Shown here one piece after another: positions 1 through 14,299 of a stretch of DNA of 64,000 nucleotides. Numbering within the stretch: the stretch's first letter is position 1; each line of letters opens with the position of its first letter. Origin of the DNA: Macrostomum lignano (Eukaryota); NCBI GenBank assembly GCA_002269645.1, contig NIVC01001359.1, forward strand, positions 1 through 64,000. The letters are read 5' to 3'. The notes beneath the pieces are model-generated. The model saw nothing but the letters and a program-made list of their open reading frames with translations. It had not been told where the DNA came from and made no database searches. A program made the position numbers and the translations under genes.

Positions 1-3000
1 GCTACTCTCAGCATCTCTAACTAGCCCTGTCGCTGTCAATATATAGAATTAAATGGAGAGCTTAGAAATGACACTCAATGGGGCTGATATACACAGGTGC
101 AGGTGCAAGATGACGCAGAGCCCGCTACTCTCAGCATCTTAACTAGCCCTGTCGCTGTCAATATATAGAATTAAATGGAGAGCTTAGAAATGACACTCAT
201 GGGGCTGATATACACAGGTGCAAAGATGACGCAGAGCCCGCTACTCTCAGCATCTCTAACTAGCCCTGTCGCTGTCAATATATAGAATTAAATGGAGAGC
301 TTAGAAATGACACTCAATGGGGCTGATATACACAGGTGCAAAGATGACGCAGAGCCCGCTACACTCAGCATCTCTAACTAGCCCTGTCGCTGTCAATATA
401 GAATTAAATGGAGAGCTTAGAAATGACACTCAATGGGGCTGATATACACAGGTGCAAAGATGACGCAGAGCCCGCTACTCTCAGCATCTCTAACTAGCCC
501 TGTCGCTGTCAATATATAGAATTAAATGGAGAGCTTAAATGACACTCAATGGGCTGATATACACAGGTGCAAAGATGACGCAGAGCCCGCTACTCTCAGC
601 ATCTCTAACTAGCCCTGTCGCTGTCAATATATAGAATTAAATGGAGAGCTTAGAAATGACACTCAATGGGGCTGATATACACAGGTGCAAAGATGACGCA
701 GAGCCCGCTACTCTCAGCATCTCTAACTAGCCCTGTCGCTGTCAATATATAGAATTAAATGGAGAGCTTAGAAATGACACTCAATGGGGCTGATATACAC
801 AGGTGCAAAGATGACGCAGAGCCCGCTACTCTCAGCATCTCTAACTAGCCCTGTCGCTGTCAATATATAGAATTAAATGGAGAGCTTAGAAATGACACTC
901 AATGGGGCTGATATACACAGGTGCAAAGATGACGCAGAGCCCGCTACTCTCAGCATCTCTAACTAGCCCTGTCGCTGTCAATATATAGAATTAAATGGAG
1001 AGCTTAGAAATGACACTCAATGGGGCTGATATACACAGGTGCAAAGATGACGCAGAGCCCGCTACTCTCAGCATCTCTAACTAGCCCTGTCGCTGTCAAT
1101 ATATAGAATTAAATGGAGAGCTTAGAAATGACACTCAATGGGGCTGATATACACAGGTGCAAAGATGACGCAGAGCCCGCTACTCTCAGCATCTCTAACT
1201 AGCCCTGTCGCTGTCAATATATAGAATTAAATGGAGAGCTTAGAAATGACACTCAATGGGGCTGATATACACAGGTGCAAAGATGACGCAGAGCCCGCTA
1301 CTCTCAGCATCTCTAACTAGCCCTGTCGCTGTCAATATATAGAATTAAATGGAGAGCTTAGAAATGACACTCAATGGGGCTGATATACACAGGTGCAAAG
1401 ATGACGCAGAGCCCGCTACTCTCAGCATCTCTAACTAGCCCTGTCGCTGTCAATATATAGAATTAAATGGAGAGCTTAGAAATGACACTCAATGGGGCTG
1501 ATATACACAGGTGCAAAGATGACGCAGAGCCCGCTACTCTCAGCATCTCTAACTAGCCCTGTCGCTGTCAATATATAGAATTAAATGGAGAGCTTAGAAA
1601 TGACACTCAATGGGGCTGATATACACAGGTGCAAAGATGACGCAGAGCCCGCTACTCTCAGCATCTCTAACTAGCCCTGTCGCTGTCAATATATAGAATT
1701 AAATGGAGAGCTTAGAAATGACACTCAATGGGGCTGATATACACAGGTGCAAAGATGACGCAGAGCCCGCTACTCTCAGCATCTCTAACTAGCCCTGTCG
1801 CTGTCAATATATAGAATTAAATGGAGAGCTTAGAAATGACACTCAATGGGGCTGATATACACAGGTGCAAAGATGACGCAGAGCCCGCTACTCTCAGCAT
1901 CTCTAACTAGCCCTGTCGCTGTCAATATATAGAATTAAATGGAGAGCTTAGAAATGACACTCAATGGGGCTGATATACACAGGTGCAAAGATGACGCAGA
2001 GCCCGCTACTCTCAGCATCTCTAACTAGCCCTGTCGCTGTCAATATATAGAATTAAATGGAGAGCTTAGAAATGACACTCAATGGGGCTGATATACACAG
2101 GTGCAAAGATGACGCAGAGCCCGCTACTCTCAGCATCTCTAACTAGCCCTGTCGCTGTCAATATATAGAATTAAATGGAGAGCTTAGAAATGACACTCAA
2201 TGGGGCTGATATACACAGGTGCAAAGATGACGCAGAGCCCGCTACTCTCAGCATCTCTAACTAGCCCTGTCGCTGTCAATATATAGAATTAAATGGAGAG
2301 CTTAGAAATGACACTCAATGGGGCTGATATACACAGGTGCAAAGATGACGCAGAGCCCGCTACTCTCAGCATCTCTAACTAGCCCTGTCGCTGTCAATAT
2401 ATAGAATTAAATGGAGAGCTTAGAAATGACACTCAATGGGGCTGATATACACAGGTGCAAAGATGACGCAGAGCCCGCTACTCTCAGCATCTCTAACTAG
2501 CCCTGTCGCTGTCAATATATAGAATTAAATGGAGAGCTTAGAAATGACACTCAATGGGGCTGATATACACAGGTGCAAAGATGACGCAGAGCCCGCTACT
2601 CTCAGCATCTCTAACTAGCCCTGTCGCTGTCAATATATAGAATTAAATGGAGAGCTTAGAAATGACACTCAATGGGGCTGATATACACAGGTGCAAAGAT
2701 GACGCAGAGCCCGCTACTCTCAGCATCTCTAACTAGCCCTGTCGCTGTCAATATATAGAATTAAATGGAGAGCTTAGAAATGACACTCAATGGGGCTGAT
2801 ATACACAGGTGCAAAGATGACGCAGAGCCCGCTACTCTCAGCATCTCTAACTAGCCCTGTCGCTGTCAATATATAGAATTAAATGGAGAGCTTAGAAATG
2901 ACACTCAATGGGGCTGATATACACAGGTGCAAAGATGACGCAGAGCCCGCTACTCTCAGCATCTCTAACTAGCCCTGTCGCTGTCAATATATAGAATTAA

Positions 3001-6000
3001 ATGGAGAGCTTAGAAATGACACTCAATGGGGCTGATATACACAGGTGCAAAGATGACGCAGAGCCCGCTACTCTCAGCATCTCTAACTAGCCCTGTCGCT
3101 GTCAATATATAGAATTAAATGGAGAGCTTAGAAATGACACTCAATGGGGCTGATATACACAGGTGCAAAGATGACGCAGAGCCCGCTACTCTCAGCATCT
3201 CTAACTAGCCCTGTCGCTGTCAATATATAGAATTAAATGGAGAGCTTAGAAATGACACTCAATGGGGCTGATATACACAGGTGCAAAGATGACGCAGAGC
3301 CCGCTACTCTCAGCATCTCTAACTAGCCCTGTCGCTGTCAATATATAGAATTAAATGGAGAGCTTAGAAATGACACTCAATGGGGCTGATATACACAGGT
3401 GCAAAGATGACGCAGAGCCCGCTACTCTCAGCATCTCTAACTAGCCCTGTCGCTGTCAATATATAGAATTAAATGGAGAGCTTAGAAATGACACTCAATG
3501 GGGCTGATATACACAGGTGCAAAGATGACGCAGAGCCCGCTACTCTCAGCATCTCTAACTAGCCCTGTCGCTGTCAATATATAGAATTAAATGGAGAGCT
3601 TAGAAATGACACTCAATGGGGCTGATATACACAGGTGCAAAGATGACGCAGAGCCCGCTACTCTCAGCATCTCTAACTAGCCCTGTCGCTGTCAATATAT
3701 AGAATTAAATGGAGAGCTTAGAAATGACACTCAATGGGGCTGATATACACAGGTGCAAAGATGACGCAGAGCCCGCTACTCTCAGCATCTCTAACTAGCC
3801 CTGTCGCTGTCAATATATAGAATTAAATGGAGAGCTTAGAAATGACACTCAATGGGGCTGATATACACAGGTGCAAAGATGACGCAGAGCCCGCTACTCT
3901 CAGCATCTCTAACTAGCCCTGTCGCTGTCAATATATAGAATTAAATGGAGAGCTTAGAAATGACACTCAATGGGGCTGATATACACAGGTGCAAAGATGA
4001 CGCAGAGCCCGCTACTCTCAGCATCTCTAACTAGCCCTGTCGCTGTCAATATATAGAATTAAATGGAGAGCTTAGAAATGACACTCAATGGGGCTGATAT
4101 ACACAGGTGCAAAGATGACGCAGAGCCCGCTACTCTCAGCATCTCTAACTAGCCCTGTCGCTGTCAATATATAGAATTAAATGGAGAGCTTAGAAATGAC
4201 ACTCAATGGGGCTGATATACACAGGTGCAAAGATGACGCAGAGCCCGCTACTCTCAGCATCTCTAACTAGCCCTGTCGCTGTCAATATATAGAATTAAAT
4301 GGAGAGCTTAGAAATGACACTCAATGGGGCTGATATACACAGGTGCAAAGATGACGCAGAGCCCGCTACTCTCAGCATCTCTAACTAGCCCTGTCGCTGT
4401 CAATATATAGAATTAAATGGAGAGCTTAGAAATGACACTCAATGGGGCTGATATACACAGGTGCAAAGATGACGCAGAGCCCGCTACTCTCAGCATCTCT
4501 AACTAGCCCTGTCGCTGTCAATATATAGAATTAAATGGAGAGCTTAGAAATGACACTCAATGGGGCTGATATACACAGGTGCAAAGATGACGCAGAGCCC
4601 GCTACTCTCAGCATCTCTAACTAGCCCTGTCGCTGTCAATATATAGAATTAAATGGAGAGCTTAGAAATGACACTCAATGGGGCTGATATACACAGGTGC
4701 AAAGATGACGCAGAGCCCGCTACTCTCAGCATCTCTAACTAGCCCTGTCGCTGTCAATATATAGAATTAAATGGAGAGCTTAGAAATGACACTCAATGGG
4801 GCTGATATACACAGGTGCAAAGATGACGCAGAGCCCGCTACTCTCAGCATCTCTAACTAGCCCTGTCGCTGTCAATATATAGAATTAAATGGAGAGCTTA
4901 GAAATGACACTCAATGGGGCTGATATACACAGGTGCAAAGATGACGCAGAGCCCGCTACTCTCAGCATCTCTAACTAGCCCTGTCGCTGTCAATATATAG
5001 AATTAAATGGAGAGCTTAGAAATGACACTCAATGGGGCTGATATACACAGGTGCAAAGATGACGCAGAGCCCGCTACTCTCAGCATCTCTAACTAGCCCT
5101 GTCGCTGTCAATATATAGAATTAAATGGAGAGCTTAGAAATGACACTCAATGGGGCTGATATACACAGGTGCAAAGATGACGCAGAGCCCGCTACTCTCA
5201 GCATCTCTAACTAGCCCTGTCGCTGTCAATATATAGAATTAAATGGAGAGCTTAGAAATGACACTCAATGGGGCTGATATACACAGGTGCAAAGATGACG
5301 CAGAGCCCGCTACTCTCAGCATCTCTAACTAGCCCTGTCGCTGTCAATATATAGAATTAAATGGAGAGCTTAGAAATGACACTCAATGGGGCTGATATAC
5401 ACAGGTGCAAAGATGACGCAGAGCCCGCTACTCTCAGCATCTCTAACTAGCCCTGTCGCTGTCAATATATAGAATTAAATGGAGAGCTTAGAAATGACAC
5501 TCAATGGGGCTGATATACACAGGTGCAAAGATGACGCAGAGCCCGCTACTCTCAGCATCTCTAACTAGCCCTGTCGCTGTCAATATATAGAATTAAATGG
5601 AGAGCTTAGAAATGACACTCAATGGGGCTGATATACACAGGTGCAAAGATGACGCAGAGCCCGCTACTCTCAGCATCTCTAACTAGCCCTGTCGCTGTCA
5701 ATATATAGAATTAAATGGAGAGCTTAGAAATGACACTCAATGGGGCTGATATACACAGGTGCAAAGATGACGCAGAGCCCGCTACTCTCAGCATCTCTAA
5801 CTAGCCCTGTCGCTGTCAATATATAGAATTAAATGGAGAGCTTAGAAATGACACTCAATGGGGCTGATATACACAGGTGCAAAGATGACGCAGAGCCCGC
5901 TACTCTCAGCATCTCTAACTAGCCCTGTCGCTGTCAATATATAGAATTAAATGGAGAGCTTAGAAATGACACTCAATGGGGCTGATATACACAGGTGCAA

Positions 6001-8597
6001 AGATGACGCAGAGCCCGCTACTCTCAGCATCTCTAACTAGCCCTGTCGCTGTCAATATATAGAATTAAATGGAGAGCTTAGAAATGACACTCAATGGGGC
6101 TGATATACACAGGTGCAAAGATGACGCAGAGCCCGCTACTCTCAGCATCTCTAACTAGCCCTGTCGCTGTCAATATATAGAATTAAATGGAGAGCTTAGA
6201 AATGACACTCAATGGGGCTGATATACACAGGTGCAAAGATGACGCAGAGCCCGCTACTCTCAGCATCTCTAACTAGCCCTGTCGCTGTCAATATATAGAA
6301 TTAAATGGAGAGCTTAGAAATGACACTCAATGGGGCTGATATACACAGGTGCAAAGATGACGCAGAGCCCGCTACTCTCAGCATCTCTAACTAGCCCTGT
6401 CGCTGTCAATATATAGAATTAAATGGAGAGCTTAGAAATGACACTCAATGGGGCTGATATACACAGGTGCAAAGATGACGCAGAGCCCGCTACTCTCAGC
6501 ATCTCTAACTAGCCCTGTCGCTGTCAATATATAGAATTAAATGGAGAGCTTAGAAATGACACTCAATGGGGCTGATATACACAGGTGCAAAGATGACGCA
6601 GAGCCCGCTACTCTCAGCATCTCTAACTAGCCCTGTCGCTGTCAATATATAGAATTAAATGGAGAGCTTAGAAATGACACTCAATGGGGCTGATATACAC
6701 AGGTGCAAAGATGACGCAGAGCCCGCTACTCTCAGCATCTCTAACTAGCCCTGTCGCTGTCAATATATAGAATTAAATGGAGAGCTTAGAAATGACACTC
6801 AATGGGGCTGATATACACAGGTGCAAAGATGACGCAGAGCCCGCTACTCTCAGCATCTCTAACTAGCCCTGTCGCTGTCAATATATAGAATTAAATGGAG
6901 AGCTTAGAAATGACACTCAATGGGGCTGATATACACAGGTGCAAAGATGACGCAGAGCCCGCTACTCTCAGCATCTCTAACTAGCCCTGTCGCTGTCAAT
7001 ATATAGAATTAAATGGAGAGCTTAGAAATGACACTCAATGGGGCTGATATACACAGGTGCAAAGATGACGCAGAGCCCGCTACTCTCAGCATCTCTAACT
7101 AGCCCTGTCGCTGTCAATATATAGAATTAAATGGAGAGCTTAGAAATGACACTCAATGGGGCTGATATACACAGGTGCAAAGATGACGCAGAGCCCGCTA
7201 CTCTCAGCATCTCTAACTAGCCCTGTCGCTGTCAATATATAGAATTAAATGGAGAGCTTAGAAATGACACTCAATGGGGCTGATATACACAGGTGCAAAG
7301 ATGACGCAGAGCCCGCTACTCTCAGCATCTCTAACTAGCCCTGTCGCTGTCAATATATAGAATTAAATGGAGAGCTTAGAAATGACACTCAATGGGGCTG
7401 ATATACACAGGTGCAAAGATGACGCAGAGCCCGCTACTCTCAGCATCTCTAACTAGCCCTGTCGCTGTCAATATATAGAATTAAATGGAGAGCTTAGAAA
7501 TGACACTCAATGGGGCTGATATACACAGGTGCAAAGATGACGCAGAGCCCGCTACTCTCAGCATCTCTAACTAGCCCTGTCGCTGTCAATATATAGAATT
7601 AAATGGAGAGCTTAGAAATGACACTCAATGGGGCTGATATACACAGGTGCAAAGATGACGCAGAGCCCGCTACTCTCAGCATCTCTAACTAGCCCTGTCG
7701 CTGTCAATATATAGAATTAAATGGAGAGCTTAGAAATGACACTCAATGGGGCTGATATACACAGGTGCAAAGATGACGCAGAGCCCGCTACTCTCAGCAT
7801 CTCTAACTAGCCCTGTCGCTGTCAATATATAGAATTAAATGGAGAGCTTAGAAATGACACTCAATGGGGCTGATATACACAGGTGCAAAGATGACGCAGA
7901 GCCCGCTACTCTCAGCATCTCTAACTAGCCCTGTCGCTGTCAATATATAGAATTAAATGGAGAGCTTAGAAATGACACTCAATGGGGCTGATATACACAG
8001 GTGCAAAGATGACGCAGAGCCCGCTACACTCAGCATCTCTAACTAGCCCTGTCGCTGTCAATATATAGAATTAAATGGAGAGCTTAGAAATGACACTCAA
8101 TGGGGCTGATATACACAGGTGCAAAGATGACGCAGAGCCCGCTACTCTCAGCATCTCTAACTAGCCCTGTCGCTGTCAATATATAGAATTAAATGGAGAG
8201 CTTAGAAATGACACTCAATGGGGCTGATATACACAGGTGCAAAGATGACGCAGAGCCCGCTACTCTCAGCATCTCTAACTAGCCCTGTCGCTGTCAATAT
8301 ATAGAATTAAATGGAGAGCTTAGAAATGACACTCAATGGGGCTGATATACACAGGTGCAAAGATGACGCAGAGCCCGCTACTCTCAGCATCTCTAACTAG
8401 CCCTGTCGCTGTCAATATATAGAATTAAATGGAGAGCTTAGAAATGACACTCAATGGGGCTGATATACACAGGTGCAAAGATGACGCAGAGCCCGCTACT
8501 CTCAGCATCTCTAACTAGCCCTGTCGCTGTCAATATATAGAATTAAATGGAGAGCTTAGAAATGACACTCAATGGGGCTGATATACGCAGGTGCAAA
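1..8597. repeat. 118-bp tandem satellite, ~73 copies, begins before the window
   Basis: Unit gctactctcagcatctctaactagccctgtcgctgtcaatatatagaattaaatggagagcttagaaatgacactcaatggggctgatatacacaggtgcaaagatgacgcagagccc; period measured 601->719 = 118. Small indels only in the first ~560 bp; the array ends at ...gcaggtgcaaa (8597). Confidence 0.99.
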
Positions 8598-8920
8598 TAT
8601 TGTTATTTACATAGTTATTTGAATAACTATAACTTCAAATAGTTTTTCGAAGGATTGTAGTTTTGTCTCTTGAAGTCTAATATGTGTCTTTGTTTTTCTC
8701 CTTAAAGTAGTGTATCTGATTTTAGCTTTATTTTTGTTGGGATAGGGAAAATCTTGTGTTGTTTTATTGGTTTAAGTTTCGTCATTTTTTATATGGGGTA
8801 TATTTAGAATATATCCTTTTTTGAAACGGTAATTTTTTGCGCGTCATTTTTAGTTACTTAGAGGATATATTCGATTGTGTCATTTCTACATTCTGCGTCA
8901 TCCAAACGCCCCTGTGAAAG

Positions 8921-9081
8921 CCGAAATGGGCCTGTTTGCCTACTTGGAGGGTCACGAGTATCGCATGTTTTCCACTTATGACGTGCACACCTACGCTTCC
9001 TGGGCGTTTTTGGAGAATTTCCCCAAATTGCAGATCGCTATCCAGTACGATTTTGGTAAGTATTCTGTTTTATAGTTAGTC

Positions 9082-9164
<83 letters not shown>

Positions 9165-12100
9165 CAGTTAGCTAGTTAGTCAGTCAGTCAGTCAGTTAGT
9201 TAGTCAGTTAGTTGTTAGTTAGTTAGTAAGTGAGTTAATTATTATATTAAAGCAGTATAAAGCTTAAACACGAGTATTATTCAGCGGCCTCGACTTGCTT
9301 AAAACGGTTCTTTTTGTAACACTTCATTTCAGCCAAAGCGGCGGTGGATGAAGACCAGACCAAAGTGCACTGGCTGGTTACTAATGTTCGAACCGGACGG
9401 AATCAGCGCATGTGTCTGCCTCACGATTTAGGCGATCCAGGTTGGGACCATTTTTTCTAAAATCCCAGCTTAGCGGGATTTTATTCCCGAATCCACAGTA
9501 TAAAATCCCAAATCCCTATTCTAGAATCCCAAATCGCCATTCAAGCATCCAAAATCCCTATTCTAGAATACCAGATCCCTGTTCTAGAATCCTAAATCTT
9601 TGTTCTAGAATCCCAAATCCCCATTCTAGAATCCTAAATCCCTGTTCTAGAATCCCAAATCCCCATTCTAGCATCGCAAATCCGCATTCTAGATCCCAAA
9701 ACCCCATTCTCGAATCAGATCCCAAAACCCCATTCTCGAATCAGATCCCAAAACCCCATTCTCGAATCAGATCCCAAAACCCCGTTCTCGAATCAGATCC
9801 CAAAACCCCATTCTCGAATTAGATCCCAAAACCCCATTCTAGAATCCTAAATCCCCATTCTAGCATCGCAAATCCGCATTCTAGATCCCAAAACCCCATT
9901 CTCGAATCAGATCCCAAAACCCCATTCTCGAATCAGATCCCAAAACCCCGTTCTCGAATCAGATCCCAAATCATCATTCTAGAATCCCAAATCCCCATTC
10001 TAGAATCACAGATTCCCATTCTAGAATCGCAGATCCCTATTCTAGAATCCTAAATCCCCATTCTAGAATCACAGATTCCCATTCTAGAATCGCAGATCCC
10101 TATTCTAGAATCCCAAATCCCTGTTCTGGAATCCCAAATCCCCATTTTCATTTATTCCGGATATTGGAATAAATTCCTCATTCTCATTTACTCCAACCCT
10201 GCGTGCAGAGGACGAGACATTCATCCGAGTCAACAGCTACATCATGATGTGCAGCGACGATTGGCGCGATTTGAATCCCAAATTTGTACTTAGCGTCTAC
10301 CGGGATTGGAAGCTTCTGCCCGAGCACAATACCGAGTATTTGGCCGATATGATGCCCATTGTTGAGGGCCTGATGCGACGCTGCCTACAGTGGGACACTG
10401 ACAATGATGGATTGGTTGAGAATACCGGTAAGTGATCGAGACTAAGAACCAGCGAGTTACCTGGGTAAACAGCAGGAGTAACTATACTCCCATTTATATA
10501 GGTAGATTCCTCGCCATCTTCCTTATAACCCATCCTGAATGAGCATATCCGAACTCTGCAATCACAATCCCATCCAAATCCTTATTCTCATGCTCAAGCA
10601 CAACTTCTAAAACTTGCCCTAAAATACCTTAAATCCCCATCATAGAATCCTAGAATCTTTAAAATCCCAGAATGTTACTCTGGAATCCAACAATCCCACC
10701 CTAAAATCTCAGGATCTCACCCTAACGTTTCAGGATCTCGCCCTAGAATTTCAGAATCTCATCCTACAATCCCAGAATCATCTCACCGTAGAATCTCAGA
10801 ATCATCTCACCCTAGAATCCCAGAATCTCACCCTAAAATCCCAGAATAATCTCACCGGTACCCTAGAATCCCAGAATCTCACCCTAAAATCTCAGAATCT
10901 CCCCAAAATCCCAGAATGTCACTCTAAAATCCAAGAATAATCTCACCCTAGGATCTGAGATCCCAGAATCTCACCCTAGAATCCCAGAATCCCAGAATCT
11001 CGCCCTAGAATCCCAGAATCATCTCACCGGTACCCCAGAATCCCAGAATCTCACCTATAATCTCAGAATCTCACCCTATAACCCCAGAATCCATTTCTCC
11101 TTTCTTACAAATCAATATACCCCCATCAAGGCTACGCCGATCAGACCTACGACGCCTGGCCAATGACGGGCGTGTCGGCCTACTGCGCCGGCCTCTGGTT
11201 GGCCGCCCTGCGAGCCACTGCCGAAATGTCAGCTGTCGCCTCTGCTGACAGAGCCAGCGCCAACGAATGGCGCCAATTAGCGGATAAAGCTCGGACCAGC
11301 TACCTGGATAAGCTGTGGACTGGCCAGCAGTTCCGCTTCGATACTGGCGGCCGATTTAACGACACGGTCATGTCCGACCAGCTGTTCGGCTATTGGATGC
11401 TTAAAACTTCCCAGCAAGATCAGGCTGCCACAGTTGGCGAGCAAGATCCGCTACTGCCGGAACAGGCTGTCCGGGTTACTATGGAAACTGTCTACAGGTG
11501 CAACTGTCTGGCTCAGGTGATGCTTTGATTTGTCTGGATTCATTTAAGTATTTGCTGCGCATGTTTTTATAATCTCTGCCATATCCCCTCCCTTCTTCAC
11601 CTCTCCCCTCCGCCCTCTCCCTCTCTCCGCCCTCTACCTCTCTCTGCCCTCTCCCCTCTCCGCCCTCTCCCCTCTCCGCCCCCTTCCCTCTCCGCCCCCT
11701 TCCCTCTCCGCCCCCTTCCCTCTCCGCCCTCTCCCCTCTTCGCCCTCTCCCCTCTTCGCCCTTTCCCCTCTCCGCCCCCTCCCCTCTCCGCCCTCTCCTT
11801 TTCCACCCTCTCCCCTCCGCCCTCTCCCCTCTCCGCCCTCTCCTTTTCCACCCTCTCCCCTCCGCCCTCTCCCCTCTCCGCCCTCTCCCCTCTCCGCCCT
11901 CTCCCCTCTCCGCCCCCTCCCCTCTCCGTCCTCTCTCTTTTCCACCCTCTCCCCTCCGCCCTCTCCCCTCTCCGCCCTCTCCCCTCTCCGCCCTCTCCCC
12001 ATATTCCTCCCCCTCGCCCCCCGTCTTTTCTTCTCTCTCTGTGTGCCCCTCACGTGAGTGACAACTGGAGTCCTAGAATACCTCAAAGTTCCAGATCCAC

Positions 12101-12553
12101 AACGCGTATACTGTAAGTTGCTATTAATGGGAAGCAGTCACGTGACAGCAGGCAAACGTGGGGCTAACACTATGAATCTAAGATTCCCACCAGTCTATAG
12201 CTAAGCCGCAAGTCTCAATCTGTACTACTCCACAGGGCTTCAACGGTCAGATGGGCCTATTTAACGGCGGTCGATTAAAGAATCCGCTAGGACCGGAGCT
12301 GCGGTCAATTCAAGCTGAAGAATCCTGGATTGGCGTATCCTATGGCGTCGCCTCGCTTATGCTAGAGTCCGGACTCGCTGAGCAGGGCTGGTCCTGCGCC
12401 GCCGGCACCTACGAAACTGTGTGGAACGATTTCGGGCTGGCTTATCAGACGCCGGAGGCGATCTTCTCCGATAGGCGGTTCCGCTCGTTAGGCTATATGC
12501 GACCGCTGTGCGTGTGGGCTCTGCTTAGGTCGGCTAGGAAATCTTCATCGTAA
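8921..12553 (+). CDS. GBA2: Non-lysosomal glucosylceramidase (GH116), 3' part; upstream exons lie outside the window
   Basis: Phase-consistent GT-AG exons: ~8854/8921..9055, 9333..9440, 10209..10427, 11131..11516, 12236..12553 (TAA). Motifs [72 protein letters not shown] match GBA2; nucleophile Glu (YLEG) and acid/base Asp (DQTYD) motifs are both present. The first acceptor is uncertain. Confidence 0.95.
9073..9235. repeat. (TAGT)n microsatellite in GBA2 intron
   Basis: Direct reading of tagttagttagt... with tcag variants. Confidence 0.95.
9490..10140. repeat. Degenerate ~21-24 bp minisatellite (tctagaatcccaaatccccat family) in GBA2 intron
   Basis: Repeated ctagaatcc/cagatcccaaaacccc units; source of spurious ORF 9412..9822. 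Confidence 0.9.
10620..11095. repeat. Degenerate ~21-bp minisatellite (atctcaccctagaatcccaga) in GBA2 intron
   Basis: Shares the ctagaatcccaga core with the array in the previous intron. Confidence 0.85.
11590..12020. repeat. Polypyrimidine low-complexity array (ccctctccgccctctc) in GBA2 intron
   Basis: Direct reading; source of the E/G/R-rich minus-strand ORFs. Confidence 0.9.
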
Positions 12554-12769
12554 TTTACTACTGACTTGTGGTTAGGCAAGTATTGTAGTAACTACTGACA
12601 GCGACGCTGTGTGTTTTTGTATACTTGTTTGATATTTTTGTTTTTTCTAACAATTTAAAGAATATTTATTAGACAAATAGGATTCTAATTATTTTACGTA
12701 TTCTCCTAAAGTTGATTACCCATAGGGATTTCTTTTAGGAATATCCCTGGGATCTTTCATGGGATTCCC

Positions 12770-13345
12770 CAATAATCCCCCATGCAATTCCCCAGGGATT
12801 CTCTAAGGATTTCCCATGCAATTTACTGCAGATTCCCCAAGAATTCCCCAGGGATTCTCTAAGGATTTCCCATACAATTTACTGCAGATTCCCCAAGAAT
12901 TCCCCAGGGATTCTCTAAGGATTTCCCATACAATTTACTGCAGATTCCCCAAGAATTCCCCAGGGATTCTCTAAGGATTTCCCATACAATTTACTGCAGA
13001 TTCCCCAAGAATTCCCCAGGGATTCTCTAAGGATTTCCCATACAATTTACTGCAGATTCCCCAAGAATTCCCCAGGGATTCTCTAAGGATTTCCCATACA
13101 ATTTACTGCAGATTCCCCAAGAATTCCCCCGTGCAATTCCCCAGGGATTCTATAAGGATTTCACATACATTTACTGCAGATTCCCCAAGAATTCCCCAGG
13201 GATTCTCTAAGGATTTCCCATACAATTTACTGCAGACTCCCCAAGAATTCCCCCGTGCAATTCCCCAGGGATTCTCTAAGGATTTCCCATACAATTTATT
13301 GTAGATTCTCCAAGAGTCCCCCGTACAGTTCCCTATGTATTTCTT
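12770..13345. repeat. 56-bp minisatellite downstream of the GBA2 stop
   Basis: Period 12841->12897; unit gaattccccagggattctctaaggatttcccatacaatttactgcagattccccaa. Confidence 0.92.
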
Positions 13346-14299
13346 AAGGATTTCCCATGGAATTCCCCAGCTGTAAAAAAATCCCAGCATAGAATAATTA
13401 CAAATTTCCTGAAAAGATTTTTTCGTAAATTCATAAACAACTGTGTTTCTTAAAGAGCTTATTAAATGTTTTTTTCGCTTTAAATATGTACTCATTAACC
13501 CTATAAAACGCATGTGCAATGCCGAAGATTCCCAATTTTTGGTCAGCCAATAACTTCGGCTACTCCTGAAACCGCGTTAGTTTAGTAAAATATCGACTGC
13601 TATTTCCTACTACCTGATTATAATATTTTAGTTAATTTTTTATAAAGATAGGCATATTGGCTTTCTTTCAGCAAATTTTCATTGTGTTTGTTTGTTTGTT
13701 TTGTCATGCAGACATGTCTGTCGTTTTTATAATTGTTTTCAATAAAAGTACAAAAAATATGCGGATTTTTCTTCTCAACTACTTTTCTACTGTTAGTAGA
13801 TTATGCGGAAATTTTGTTGTTATTTTATTTGTTTTTTATTCAATTTGACCGAAGTATTTCTCTTCCATTGTTTTTAATTGACAAATTCAGTTAGTTTTAC
13901 AAAAACCCTCAAGTGTGTGCAGATAAACTTTTAATTGCTAGCTGCAGTTATCGGTTTCTATTAGAAATTGATTGATTGATCAATTGACGTTGCTTTCAAT
14001 TGTTTATTATATTTATTATAGATATTTTTGTTAATTGTTTTTAACAGAGCTTTACTTGTTATTATTATAATTGTTATTATTATTATTATTTATTATAATA
14101 AGATCCAGCCCCTTTGTATGTGTGCTTCCTTTACTGTACATGCACGATAACTGAGTAGTATTCGAATAAAAGTACATTGTGCACTTTCATGTCTCTTCTG
14201 GCCTAATTTCAATCCGAACTTGACTTTAATCGTATCTAATCGAATTCAAGCGTAATAATTATTTGTACTCCTCTCTGCCTGCCCCTCTCCCCCATTCTA

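Noticed and set aside
1-8597. 118-bp unit as 5S rRNA, SL RNA or hammerhead ribozyme repeat
   Set aside because: Length is 5S-like but the sequence has no 5S similarity or internal A/C boxes; no leader ending ATG|GT with an Sm site; neither strand has the CTGANGA...GAAA hammerhead core.
12720-13390. Possible TIRs around the 56-bp array (gggatttctttta versus taaaaaaatccc)
   Set aside because: Match is short and low-complexity, with no TSD.
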